DNA of 62,022 bases from an uncultured Maribellus sp. (GTDB taxonomy: Bacteria > Bacteroidota > Bacteroidia > Bacteroidales > Prolixibacteraceae): positions 1 through 62,022 of the forward strand of contig CAZXVT010000004.1 of NCBI GenBank assembly GCA_964644015.1, in the 5' to 3' direction. The translations under genes were made by a program, and so were the position numbers. Each line of letters opens with the position of its first letter. Position 1 is the first letter of the stretch. The notes beneath the pieces are model-generated. The model was not told the origin of the DNA and searched no databases. It worked only from the letters and a program-made list of their open reading frames with translations. Shown in pieces: positions 19,558-31,489 of this stretch.

Positions 19558-22500
19558 ATGAATAAGAAACAACCTGTATTACTTTTTTTAAGTAATAGAA
19601 ATACCTTTGAAATCATCAGCGAAATTCTGGCCCCCGGATTTGAGCTTCTGAATCATTCAAAACCTGGTGATTTATTAAAGGCCCATGTTTCCCTGATTAT
19701 TGCCGACGATTTGATGATCAGGGAATATCACGCGTTAATCGAATTAAAAAAGCAGAATGTTAAACCGGTTGATTTGCCGGTGTTACTTGTTGTTTCAAAC
19801 GATGAGAAAAGCAATTTATCATCAATACCAGAGACGAGTTTCAACGATATGATCATGATGCCCATTCAGAAGACAGAATTGCTGAAGAGGGTTGAAACAC
19901 TGCTTCGTTTGCATCGTACTTCCATTGAAACCGGGCATTTAAAGGAAGAACTCGACTCGGTAAGAAAACTGCACACTGACCTTGCATTGCAGGATGCCAA
20001 CATCGGGATGTGGGACTGGAACCTCGAAACCGGTGAACTCAACTATTCTCCAATCTGGAAAATGCAGCTTGGTTATTCATCTGGTGAAATCCAATGTTCA
20101 ATAGTTGAATGGGAATCAAGATTACATCCGGATGACAGGGAATCAGCTGTAAAAAGGCAGGATCATTATATCAAAAGTCCGAAAGGAAAACTGGTTCAGG
20201 AATTCAGGCTAAAACATAAAGACGGATCATATCGATGGATACTTTCAACCGCCTCGATGCACAAAGGTGAAAATGGGCGGAAAACACGACTTTTGGGTAC
20301 CCATATCGACATCACTGATCATAAAAGGGCTGAAATGGAACTGCAGCAAAGCGAGTTGCGGTTTAAACTGATATTCGAACACAGTCTTGCAGTGATGCTG
20401 TTAATAGATCCGGAAACACACGCAATTGTTTCTGCCAACAAAGCAGCAGAAAATTTCTATGGCTGGACAAAGGCTGAACTAAGCCAGATGAAAGTTGATG
20501 ATATTAACATCCTTTCGCGGGAAGAGATTCAAAAGGAAATGAATAAAGCCCGCAAAAGTGAAAGGATTTATTTCAGGTTTAAACACCGGCTTGCCAACCG
20601 GCAGATTCGTGATGTGGAAGTTTACACCAGCAAAGTGGAAATTGATGAACATTCCTATCTTTTTTCCATCGTTCACGATATTTCAGAACAAAAAAGGACA
20701 GAAGAGTTACTTTTTGATAGTGAACGGAAATACCGCTATCTATTTGCCAATAATCCAATGCCAATGTGGATTTATGATCTTGAAACACTTCAATTCCTCG
20801 AAGTAAATGAAGCTGCTGTAAATCATTATGGATATTCTGATAACGAATTCAGGTCGATGACACTGAAAGATATCAGGCCAGTGGAAGAAATTGACAGACT
20901 GATGAAGGATGTACAGATCAAACATCCTGAAATGAACAAAGCAGGAATTTGGCAGCACATCAAAAAGAACGGCGAAACGATATATGTTGAAATCATTTCT
21001 CACTTAGTAACTTATGATAACAAGCAAGCCCGGCTTGTACTCGCCAACGATGTCACCGAGCGGAAAATGGCAGAAAATGCACTGAAGGAAAGCGAAGAAA
21101 GATACAAAAGCCTGCTTGATGAGGCTCCGGTTGGTATTGCTGTGCACACCGATGGCAAAATTGTTTTTGTGAATCCGGCCGGTACTAAATTACTAAGGGC
21201 AAACAATGAAAACCAACTTATAGGGATGCCGTTGAATTCAATAATTCACCCTGATAACCAGGAAGAAGCAAGTATCAGGATTAAAAGATTAATGGCGGGT
21301 GAAAAAGGTTTATACCCGGTGGAAGATATTTATAAATGCTTTGATGGAACAGAAATAAACGTGGAAGTTATTGCCACACTTCTTTCGTATAACCACAATC
21401 CGGCAATTCAGGTAATTATTTCTGATATCACTGACCGGAAAAGAAAGGAAAAGGAGATTTCACTTCTCAACAAACGGCTCGAAATTCTGATTGAATCGGT
21501 TAAACAACTGGCGGCAGCACAAACCGTTGAAAAAGTTCAGCAGATTGTAACCGATGCAGGACGAAAACTGGTCAATTCTGATGGTTCAACCATTGTTTTT
21601 CTGGATGATGGAGAATGTTATTATGCCTTTGAAGATGCTTATGAACCACTTTGGCAGGGAAGCCGGTTTCCTGCAGAGGAATGTATCAGCGGCTGGGTGA
21701 TGATGAACCAGCAACCTGCCATTATTGAAGATGTTTATAATGATGCGAGAATTCCGGTGGAAATTTACAAACCAACCTTTGTAAAAAGTCTTGTAATGGT
21801 GCCGGTAACCGGAATAGAAGTTATCGGTGCAATCGGTAACTATTTTAAAAACCGGTATTTACCCACCGAAGCAGAGGTGAAATTGCTGCAAACACTTGCT
21901 GATGCAGCTGCCACAGCAATCGGGAATATCAGGCTTTATAACGAACTGGAAGAAAGAGTAATCCACCGTACCCGGCAATTACAGGCAGCAAATAAAGAGC
22001 TCGAAACATTTACCTACTCGGTTTCACACGACCTGAAAGCTCCGCTGCGCGGAATCGACGGCTACAGTAAACTGTTGATTGATTTGTATGGCAACAATTT
22101 GAACGATGAGGCAAAACATTTTATTGGCATTATCCGCAATTCAACACTACAGATGAACCGGCTGATTGATGATTTGCTCAATTATTCGCGACTGGAAAGA
22201 AGTCACCTGAAAAAGGAAAAAATTGACTTCACAAACTTCCTTCAGTCCATTTTAAATACTTACCGTAACGAATTGGAAGAAACATCATTTGATGTTGAAA
22301 TTCTGGCACCTGCTATTGAAATGGTAACTGATTCAACCGGACTTTCAGTCATACTCCGGAACTTCATCGAGAATGCCATAAAATTTACCAGAAACAAACC
22401 TGCACCAAAAATTCAGATTGTATTGTCGGATAACGAAGATTCGTGGATCATTTCAGTGAAAGACAATGGAATCGGGTTCGATATGAAATACCACAGCCGA

Positions 22501-22683
22501 ATTTTCGAGATTTTCCAGCGGCTGCACCGTGCTGAAGATTTCCCCGGAACAGGAATCGGGCTGGCGCTTGTCAGCAAGGCAATTGGCCGCATGGGTGGAA
22601 AAACCTGGGCCAGCAGTACACCCGGCGAGGGTGCCACTTTTTTTGTTGAAATCCCAAAATCATTTACTTATGATACTAAATAA
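19558..22683 (+). CDS. Cytoplasmic multi-sensor histidine kinase (degenerate receiver-like domain, 4 PAS/PAC, GAF, HisKA, HATPase)
   Basis: Repeated PAS/PAC signatures (HPDD, DITD, DISE, DVTE), GAF segment, SVSHDLKAPLR H-box, NAIKF, DNGIG and GTGIGL. Confidence 0.93.
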   Translation: MNKKQPVLLFLSNRNTFEIISEILAPGFELLNHSKPGDLLKAHVSLIIADDLMIREYHALIELKKQNVKPVDLPVLLVVSNDEKSNLSSIPETSFNDMIMMPIQKTELLKRVETLLRLHRTSIETGHLKEELDSVRKLHTDLALQDANIGMWDWNLETGELNYSPIWKMQLGYSSGEIQCSIVEWESRLHPDDRESAVKRQDHYIKSPKGKLVQEFRLKHKDGSYRWILSTASMHKGENGRKTRLLGTHIDITDHKRAEMELQQSELRFKLIFEHSLAVMLLIDPETHAIVSANKAAENFYGWTKAELSQMKVDDINILSREEIQKEMNKARKSERIYFRFKHRLANRQIRDVEVYTSKVEIDEHSYLFSIVHDISEQKRTEELLFDSERKYRYLFANNPMPMWIYDLETLQFLEVNEAAVNHYGYSDNEFRSMTLKDIRPVEEIDRLMKDVQIKHPEMNKAGIWQHIKKNGETIYVEIISHLVTYDNKQARLVLANDVTERKMAENALKESEERYKSLLDEAPVGIAVHTDGKIVFVNPAGTKLLRANNENQLIGMPLNSIIHPDNQEEASIRIKRLMAGEKGLYPVEDIYKCFDGTEINVEVIATLLSYNHNPAIQVIISDITDRKRKEKEISLLNKRLEILIESVKQLAAAQTVEKVQQIVTDAGRKLVNSDGSTIVFLDDGECYYAFEDAYEPLWQGSRFPAEECISGWVMMNQQPAIIEDVYNDARIPVEIYKPTFVKSLVMVPVTGIEVIGAIGNYFKNRYLPTEAEVKLLQTLADAAATAIGNIRLYNELEERVIHRTRQLQAANKELETFTYSVSHDLKAPLRGIDGYSKLLIDLYGNNLNDEAKHFIGIIRNSTLQMNRLIDDLLNYSRLERSHLKKEKIDFTNFLQSILNTYRNELEETSFDVEILAPAIEMVTDSTGLSVILRNFIENAIKFTRNKPAPKIQIVLSDNEDSWIISVKDNGIGFDMKYHSRIFEIFQRLHRAEDFPGTGIGLALVSKAIGRMGGKTWASSTPGEGATFFVEIPKSFTYDTK

Positions 22684-23098
22684 TGCTATTCATCCCATTT
22701 TAATTGTCGAGGACAATCCGCTTGATCTCGACTTAACCATTCGTGCGTTTAAATCGCAAAACATCGACAATCCCCTGCTCACTGCCCGCGACGGAGAGGA
22801 AGCGCTGGCCTACATCGGAAAGTGGGACAAAGGTGAACAAAAACCGGTGGTGATTCTGCTTGATTTAAAAATGCCCAAAATAGGAGGGCTCGAAGTGCTC
22901 GATGTTTTAAAAAAACACCCGGAATACTGCACCATCCCGGTTGTGGTGCTTACAACATCATCCGAGTCTGTCGATGTTAAATCAGCTTACCAGAAAGGTG
23001 CCAATTCCTACATTGTGAAGCCTGTCGATTTCGGAAAGTTTATTTCCATTGCCAAAGAAATTGATTTGTATTGGCGGGTGATCAATAAAACGATATAA
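22670..23098 (+). CDS. Single-domain response regulator (Rcp1-like)
   Basis: ILIVEDN, ILLDLKMP, LTTS and GANSYIVKP; start moved to the ATG at 22670, overlapping the kinase stop. Confidence 0.92.
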   Translation: MILNNAIHPILIVEDNPLDLDLTIRAFKSQNIDNPLLTARDGEEALAYIGKWDKGEQKPVVILLDLKMPKIGGLEVLDVLKKHPEYCTIPVVVLTTSSESVDVKSAYQKGANSYIVKPVDFGKFISIAKEIDLYWRVINKTI

Positions 23099-23352
23099 CC
23101 GGATAAATATCAGCCTTCCTGATCGGTGGAAACGGAGTTTCGGAACTGAATGTGTCCGGATTATTTTCTGTTCCCTGTACTCAGAATGTTTACCATTTTT
23201 ATATAACTATTTTGCCAGTGATAGTTTTGTTATTTTAAACGTTACTACTTCGGTTCTGCGGATGTTGTATTTCATCCGTCAATGATTGTATTTTTCGTAT
23301 TTTTGAGGCGGTTGTAAAGAAAACAGCAGGAATACCAAAAGTCGGATTGCAG

Positions 23353-24480
23353 ATGCATTTTCATCAAAATAGCCTGGTGGTTAAAGTACTCAAATCAAAA
23401 TTGTTTGTTTGGAGTACAATACCTGTCCTGGTTGCAGGAATAATCACAATGGCTTATTTTTCCGGAATCAAAGATTTTTCAGTATTTCCCAATAACCGGA
23501 TTTTTGATTACCGTACTTACTCTGACAGCACAGCAGGAGGCAATTCAAAAATCCTCAATAAGTTGATTACCGACAGCATTATTCATCTCGAATTTCAAAT
23601 CAGCGATAAAATAAATAATCCGTATGTTGGATTGAATGTCGGGCCAAAAGAAAATAAGACAGTTAACCTTGAACGTTATAATGAGCTAACAATAAGGCTT
23701 ATTGGAAATGAAATAAACGGAATTTCCATCGCGCTGATTACAGAGAATTTCTTAAAAAAAAGTGAAAAGAAGAATCAGGAGATTTTGTTTTACCATAATT
23801 TTAAAATTTCGCCGGGGATAAATACCTACACAATCAGCCTTGATAAATTTAAAATGCCTGACTGGTGGAGAGAATATAACCGGATTGAGGATGCTTCGGC
23901 GATTAAGCCTGAATTAAAAAATCTGAAAGCAATCAATGTGAGCAGCGCATTTACCTCCAGTATAAATAGAACACTCTCATTTGAGATTTACTCAATGGCG
24001 TTTTCCCGAAATAATAAGCCGTTTTTTATCCTTGTTACAGCTTTGTTTTTCATTTTTATTTTGGTTGTTTTTGTCGCCTCGTACATGGTCGAAAAAATAA
24101 AGATGAACCGGCAAGTGATTACCATTGCCTATAAACCGGTTGAGAACAGTACCATTGAAAATGCAAAATCAGATTTTATTGGTTTTATAAACAACAATTT
24201 TCAAAACTCCGAACTGACCCTTGATTTTGTTACTGGCGAAACCGGTGTTAACCAACGCAAAATTGCGAATGAAATACAAAATCGGTTTGGATGTAATTTT
24301 AAAACCTATATCAATCGACTGCGATTGAATGAATCAAAACGGTTACTGCTTAATAAGGACCTGAACATCGGAGAAATTGCGTTTAAAGTCGGATTTAACA
24401 ACCAGAGTCATTTTAACCGGGTTTTTAAGTCTGAATTTCAGGTCAGTCCCACCGAGTACCGTGATAAAATCAGGGAATAG
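23353..24480 (+). CDS. Membrane-spanning AraC-family regulator (TM, extracytoplasmic carbohydrate-binding-like domain, TM, AraC HTH)
   Basis: Two TM helices flank a roughly 180-aa soluble domain; C-terminal IGEIAFKVGFNNQSHFNRVFK...SPTEYR. Confidence 0.87.
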   Translation: MHFHQNSLVVKVLKSKLFVWSTIPVLVAGIITMAYFSGIKDFSVFPNNRIFDYRTYSDSTAGGNSKILNKLITDSIIHLEFQISDKINNPYVGLNVGPKENKTVNLERYNELTIRLIGNEINGISIALITENFLKKSEKKNQEILFYHNFKISPGINTYTISLDKFKMPDWWREYNRIEDASAIKPELKNLKAINVSSAFTSSINRTLSFEIYSMAFSRNNKPFFILVTALFFIFILVVFVASYMVEKIKMNRQVITIAYKPVENSTIENAKSDFIGFINNNFQNSELTLDFVTGETGVNQRKIANEIQNRFGCNFKTYINRLRLNESKRLLLNKDLNIGEIAFKVGFNNQSHFNRVFKSEFQVSPTEYRDKIRE

Positions 24481-24528
24481 CGCCTCCAGTAAAAGAATCA
24501 TTGTTGTCCGGTAAAAATATTTCAAAGT

Positions 24529-25027
24529 TGAGATTCTTTCCCTGCCCGTCCCTGTCCGAACTGTTCGTCCAGGCGGGGCTTCATTTCAATTCTCTGCCAA
24601 TGACAGATTCTCTTTTCTTGTCATTTCGAGGCACCACCCAATTTTATTGTGAATAATGAGGAATGACAGACAAAATAGATTCCTCATTCCGCTTAGCTCC
24701 ATTCGGAACGACATTCACTGAGTATATCAGTGCCAGGAAATGGGCGGCTTCACCGCCCCTTTCCTGGCACTCTGCCTTTGCAAAATGTGTCATCCCGAAC
24801 GCAGTGAGGGATCTAAAAAGAGTCTGTCATTGGCACGAGAGTGCGAGGAGAATTGAAAATCAGCGAAGCTAAATCTCTTCTTACAAACAGATTCCTCTCT
24901 TCGTTCGGATGACAGGAGGTATGGTGTTTTTGGGGAGGAAAATGGGACAACTTCGCCGTCTCATATTCCTCCCTCGATTTAATAAGAAATTGTCATTCCG
25001 ATCACGGGCAATCGACAGAGGAATCTC
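24529..25027. repeat. Cluster of nested REP/REPIN-like inverted repeats (AGATTC...ATGACA / TGTCAT...GAATCT family)
   Basis: Paired arms 24677-24713/24788-24814 and 24889-24914/24991-25026, each enclosing an internal hairpin; an outer pair ttcaattctctgccaatgaca / tgtcattggca...gagaattgaa. Confidence 0.8.
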
Positions 25028-25210
25028 ATCAAATCTTACCGGTCAGTAATATGAAAAAAATTCTATTTCAGCCGCTATTTTTCACGGTTTTACCATTTCT
25101 GCAAACAATTTGACACTTTTTGTAAAAGACAAATCAAGGTGTACGGTTAATTTTGCACGCAATAAGTTGTAAGACGTGATGAATAACCAATAATAAAAAT
25201 TCAACGGCAG

Positions 25211-27133
25211 ATGAAAAAATTAAGAACTAAATCTACCTTATCATTCCTGGTGATAATGCTTGTATCAACCTTCTCACTTTTCGCGCAAAACCCGAATTGT
25301 TTTCTGGAGGATTTTACACCCAAAAACGCCATTATCCCAATTTCGGCAATTACAAATAAAACGCCGGATGCGCCAACTGTAACTGTCACTTTATCTGCCG
25401 ATACACTGGGAAAAGTATCAAAATATGTTTTTGGAAATGCCCTGGCTGTCTGGATTGGAAATGTAACTGGCGAAGCCAAATTTGTGGAAAACACCAAATT
25501 GTTGAATCCATCCTTAATCCGTTTTCCGGGAGGGAGTTGGTCCAATATATTTTTCTGGAATGGAGCTCCTTCCGATGTACCTGACTCTGCTTACGATTCA
25601 TCGGGGAAAAGGGTAAAATTTTATGCTATTTCAGGAAAAAATGACTGGCCCACCACAACGGATAACTATTATAAACTGCGCCAGCAAACTGGCTCACAAG
25701 GACTCATAACTGTCAATTACGGCTATGCCCGTTACGGGTTGAGCGATGACCCTGTAGCGCAGGCTGCTCATCATGCTGCTGAATGGGTGCGTTACGATAA
25801 GGGACGTACCAAATTCTGGGAGATTGGTAATGAAAATGCCGGTCCATGGGAAGCAGGGTGGAAGATTAATACAAAAACCAATAAAGACGGGCAGCCTGAA
25901 ATTATTACCGGACAGCTTTACGGTCAGCATTGTAAAGTTTTTATTGATTCAATGAGAACTGCTGCAGCCGAGGTGGGCGCTGAAATATATATTGGCGTGC
26001 AGGTACTGCATTTTGATGGCACAAACAGTTGGAATTCGGTTGACAGGACCTGGAATGCAGGAGTTTTTAAAGAAATTGGCGATGCTGCCGATTTTTATGT
26101 AATGCACAACTATTATGGAACTGATGCTAACGCTGAGAATTTACTAACTGTTGCCGCAACCGAGCCAAAGAAAAACATCAGCTTTATTAAGCAGGATATT
26201 ATAAATAAAAAAGCTTTCCTAAAACCAGTGGCAGTAACTGAGTATAACATGAACAGTAATTCGGCCAACGCAACCATGGGAAGATCATTTATCAACGGGA
26301 TGCAGGCGACGATACTGTTTAATGAATTAATTAAGAATAATTTTGGATTGGGGGCAAGGTGGCTGCTTGCTACCGGCGAGGATGGAATGTTTTATATGGG
26401 AGATAACTCCAGTTTAAGATGGCAGCCACGCCCCGATTTCTATTATGCCTATTATCAGCAGAAATTTACCGGTGATCATGCAATTGCTGCAACCTCAACC
26501 AACTCAGGAATTCTGACTTACGCTTCCCGTTTTGCTTCAGGCGAAACGGGGGTTGTAATTGTAAATAAGGGAAAAACGGCCCAGGTTGTAAAAATCGATC
26601 CAAAGAATATTGGTGTTGGAAGTCAATATTACAATTACTCATTAACAGGCGGCACCGACAATGGCGATTTTTCGTTGTATGTTTCGGTAAACGGGGTGAA
26701 TCCGACAGGAACCCAGTGGGGCCCACGTGCAACATTGGAGACGATTCCGGCAAATGCTTATTCCATTGATGAAGCTATAAAACTGAATGTCCCTGCGCGT
26801 TCTGTTCAGTTTATCATGATTGAAGCTGGCGACAACTTATTGAATCCGACAGCAATAACCGGTGAATTGAAAAACGAATTGAAGCTGACAAATTATCCCA
26901 ATCCGTTTGCTGCCAAAACAACGATTCAGTTTCTTATTCCCGAATCAGGAACTGTCTCATTAAATGTTTTTGACCAGACGGGAAGAAAGATTACCACTTT
27001 GGTGAATGAAATCCTGGTATCCGGAACGCACCAGTTTGATTTCGATGGAAGTACGTTGCCAGGAGGCATTTATATGTATCAATTGAAAGTTGGAAACAAC
27101 AGCAGCTTCGGAAAGATGTCGCTTGTGAAATAA
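25211..27133 (+). CDS. Secreted clan GH-A glycoside hydrolase (GH51/GH44-like; arabinofuranosidase-like) with T9SS C-terminal sorting domain
   Basis: Signal peptide; IRFPGG, WEIGNE (acid/base) and VTEYN (nucleophile-like); C-terminal YPNPF...GIYMYQLK domain. Confidence 0.82.
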   Translation: MKKLRTKSTLSFLVIMLVSTFSLFAQNPNCFLEDFTPKNAIIPISAITNKTPDAPTVTVTLSADTLGKVSKYVFGNALAVWIGNVTGEAKFVENTKLLNPSLIRFPGGSWSNIFFWNGAPSDVPDSAYDSSGKRVKFYAISGKNDWPTTTDNYYKLRQQTGSQGLITVNYGYARYGLSDDPVAQAAHHAAEWVRYDKGRTKFWEIGNENAGPWEAGWKINTKTNKDGQPEIITGQLYGQHCKVFIDSMRTAAAEVGAEIYIGVQVLHFDGTNSWNSVDRTWNAGVFKEIGDAADFYVMHNYYGTDANAENLLTVAATEPKKNISFIKQDIINKKAFLKPVAVTEYNMNSNSANATMGRSFINGMQATILFNELIKNNFGLGARWLLATGEDGMFYMGDNSSLRWQPRPDFYYAYYQQKFTGDHAIAATSTNSGILTYASRFASGETGVVIVNKGKTAQVVKIDPKNIGVGSQYYNYSLTGGTDNGDFSLYVSVNGVNPTGTQWGPRATLETIPANAYSIDEAIKLNVPARSVQFIMIEAGDNLLNPTAITGELKNELKLTNYPNPFAAKTTIQFLIPESGTVSLNVFDQTGRKITTLVNEILVSGTHQFDFDGSTLPGGIYMYQLKVGNNSSFGKMSLVK

Positions 27134-27205
27134 AACTGCGTTTCTGATAAAACAAAAAAAGCTGAAACGCTTTTTACCAATCCAATGCGAAAATGCGAAG
27201 TTGAA

Positions 27206-27865
27206 TCAACTGACTTTTCCAGCCATGATTTTGATGTCCTTTACCTCAATCACATTTTTGTGATATCCGTTTTGGGCGGCATAAATCATCGAAAGCGCCA
27301 CCTGTTTCATGGTTGAAATCATATTGGGTGTCACTACTTTCAGTATAGGAACGAGCCAGCTAAAATAGTTGTAATATTTCAGTACCCGTTTTTGTCCGGG
27401 TGAAGCAATCATAAATCCAATACGGTAACCAAATGCCTGTTTAAACGGCAGTTTCATCAAATCGTTTTCGGTTTTGCCCTTGATGCGCGCCCAGGCCATC
27501 CGGCCTTTTTCAGAGCTGTCGGTGCCACCACCGCTCACATAAATAAACGATAACTGTGGGTTGGGATTTAACGCTTTGGCAAAATGCAAAGTAGTGTCGT
27601 ACGTTATCCTGCGGTAATCATCTTCGCTGATGCCCACACTGCTGATACCGGCACAAAAAAAGCAGGCGTCGTAGCCTTTTAGCCGTTGGTCATTCATCTC
27701 TATCGATAGAAAATCGCTGACAATGTATTCTTTCAGTTTCGGATGAGTTATACCGCAAGGTTTGCGGCTGATGCTCAGAATTTCTGTCACTTGTGGTATA
27801 TTCAGACATTCGAGTAAAATGCCTTCGCCCACCATTCCTGTTGCTCCTGTGATGATGATTTTCAT
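27206..27865 (-). CDS. NAD(P)-binding epimerase/dehydratase-family protein
   Basis: IIITGATGMVG Rossmann motif; WARIKGKTE. Confidence 0.88.
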   Translation of the reverse strand: MKIIITGATGMVGEGILLECLNIPQVTEILSISRKPCGITHPKLKEYIVSDFLSIEMNDQRLKGYDACFFCAGISSVGISEDDYRRITYDTTLHFAKALNPNPQLSFIYVSGGGTDSSEKGRMAWARIKGKTENDLMKLPFKQAFGYRIGFMIASPGQKRVLKYYNYFSWLVPILKVVTPNMISTMKQVALSMIYAAQNGYHKNVIEVKDIKIMAGKVS

Positions 27866-27890
27866 AATGCTGAATTTATCTGTTAAGTTT

Positions 27891-27925
27891 TACTGAACTG
27901 GTGACTCGAAGTCACCAGTTCAGTA
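27891..27925. repeat. Perfect 16-bp inverted repeat within an operon
   Basis: tactgaactggtgact cga agtcaccagttcagta. Confidence 0.85.
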
Positions 27926-27932
27926 TATTTTG

Positions 27933-30330
<2,398 letters not shown>

Positions 30331-30363
30331 TTCAGTTAATTTTTTGGTTGAGTTGGTTTTAAA

Positions 30364-31476
30364 TTATTTGTTTGATTCACTGTATTCCACATCGGTTACA
30401 GGTTGCATCCATTCCACGCTTCCTTTTTGCAAATTCGGGCTAATGGCAATGTGGGTGAGGCTGCTGCTTGACGAAGCGCCGTGCCAGTGTTCGGTATCCG
30501 GAGGAATCCGAACAACATCGCCTTTTTGGATAATTTGGGCGGGTTTTCCTTTTTCCTGATAAAAACCTTTGCCATCGGTAACCAACAGGATTTGTCCGCC
30601 GGGATGTTTGTGCCAGTTGGTGCGGGCACCAGGCTCAAAAATCACATTGCCAATGGATGAATTATAAATGTCGTCAGGCGTTACCATCATATAAACCCAG
30701 GCTGTGCCGGTAAAATTTTTGTTGTTGGCTTTTTCACCTTTTGGAAAAGCGGATGTCTGTTTCAGCACTTCACTTATAACAGTTTCTGCAGCGCTGGCCT
30801 CTTTTTCTCCCAAAACCGATTCAATAATTCCGGAAAATTCAGTCAATTGAGAAGGTGTTAAACCCACATTCAGACAAATATTCAGATGCGAGCGCAACAT
30901 GGGTTCAGCATTTCCGATTGCACTTAAAACCGAAATGGTTACCAGTTCGCGTTCGGCAAATGTGAGGACATCGCGTTCAAAAATATCGGCAAACAAGTGC
31001 TCTTTCAGAAAAGTATCGATAACCGGTGCAAAAGCCGAATAGCCCGAAAGCGTTGCCGGTTGCGGTGTTTGGGTAAGTTCGCCCAAAACTTTTTTACCGT
31101 GCTCGTATTTGCTGACTTCGTCGGGAATTGGTGACGCTTCTTTACCCACCATATCTGTTATTCCTTTCGCTTTCCGTTCATCCAAAACTTCCATAAAAGT
31201 CTGCAAACCGCGGATACTGCGCGGAAAACCACAGTAGGCATACAAATGTACCAGCACCTCTTTGGTTTCGTTGATGGTTAGTCCGGCATCCAATCCCTTA
31301 TTCAGCGCGGGTTTTAATGCAGGCAAATCGCCTTTGGCGGCAAGTGCTGCAATCTGAATAATGCTTTGTTGTTTCGATGATAGTTGTTGATTCGGGCTCA
31401 TTTCTTTTTGGGCCGAAGCCAGAAAAGGCAAACAGCTGATAACCAAAATTGTTATCAGCCATTTTCCAATTTTCAT
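30364..31476 (-). CDS. Carboxymuconolactone decarboxylase/AhpD-like plus cupin fusion protein with signal peptide
   Basis: YAYCGFPRS and HLFADIF...RELVTIS (CMD-like); FEPGARTNWHKHPGGQ and HWHGA (cupin); start moved to MKIGKW at 31476. Confidence 0.85.
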   Translation of the reverse strand: MKIGKWLITILVISCLPFLASAQKEMSPNQQLSSKQQSIIQIAALAAKGDLPALKPALNKGLDAGLTINETKEVLVHLYAYCGFPRSIRGLQTFMEVLDERKAKGITDMVGKEASPIPDEVSKYEHGKKVLGELTQTPQPATLSGYSAFAPVIDTFLKEHLFADIFERDVLTFAERELVTISVLSAIGNAEPMLRSHLNICLNVGLTPSQLTEFSGIIESVLGEKEASAAETVISEVLKQTSAFPKGEKANNKNFTGTAWVYMMVTPDDIYNSSIGNVIFEPGARTNWHKHPGGQILLVTDGKGFYQEKGKPAQIIQKGDVVRIPPDTEHWHGASSSSSLTHIAISPNLQKGSVEWMQPVTDVEYSESNK

Positions 31477-31489
31477 ATTTTTTAAATAC

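Noticed and set aside
19558-23098. Bacteriophytochrome
   Set aside because: The kinase core and Rcp1-like regulator resemble phytochrome pairs, but no PAS-GAF-PHY photosensory module or DIP motif is evident.
24663-24872. 69-aa ORF
   Set aside because: It lies within the REP-like inverted repeats and is probably spurious.
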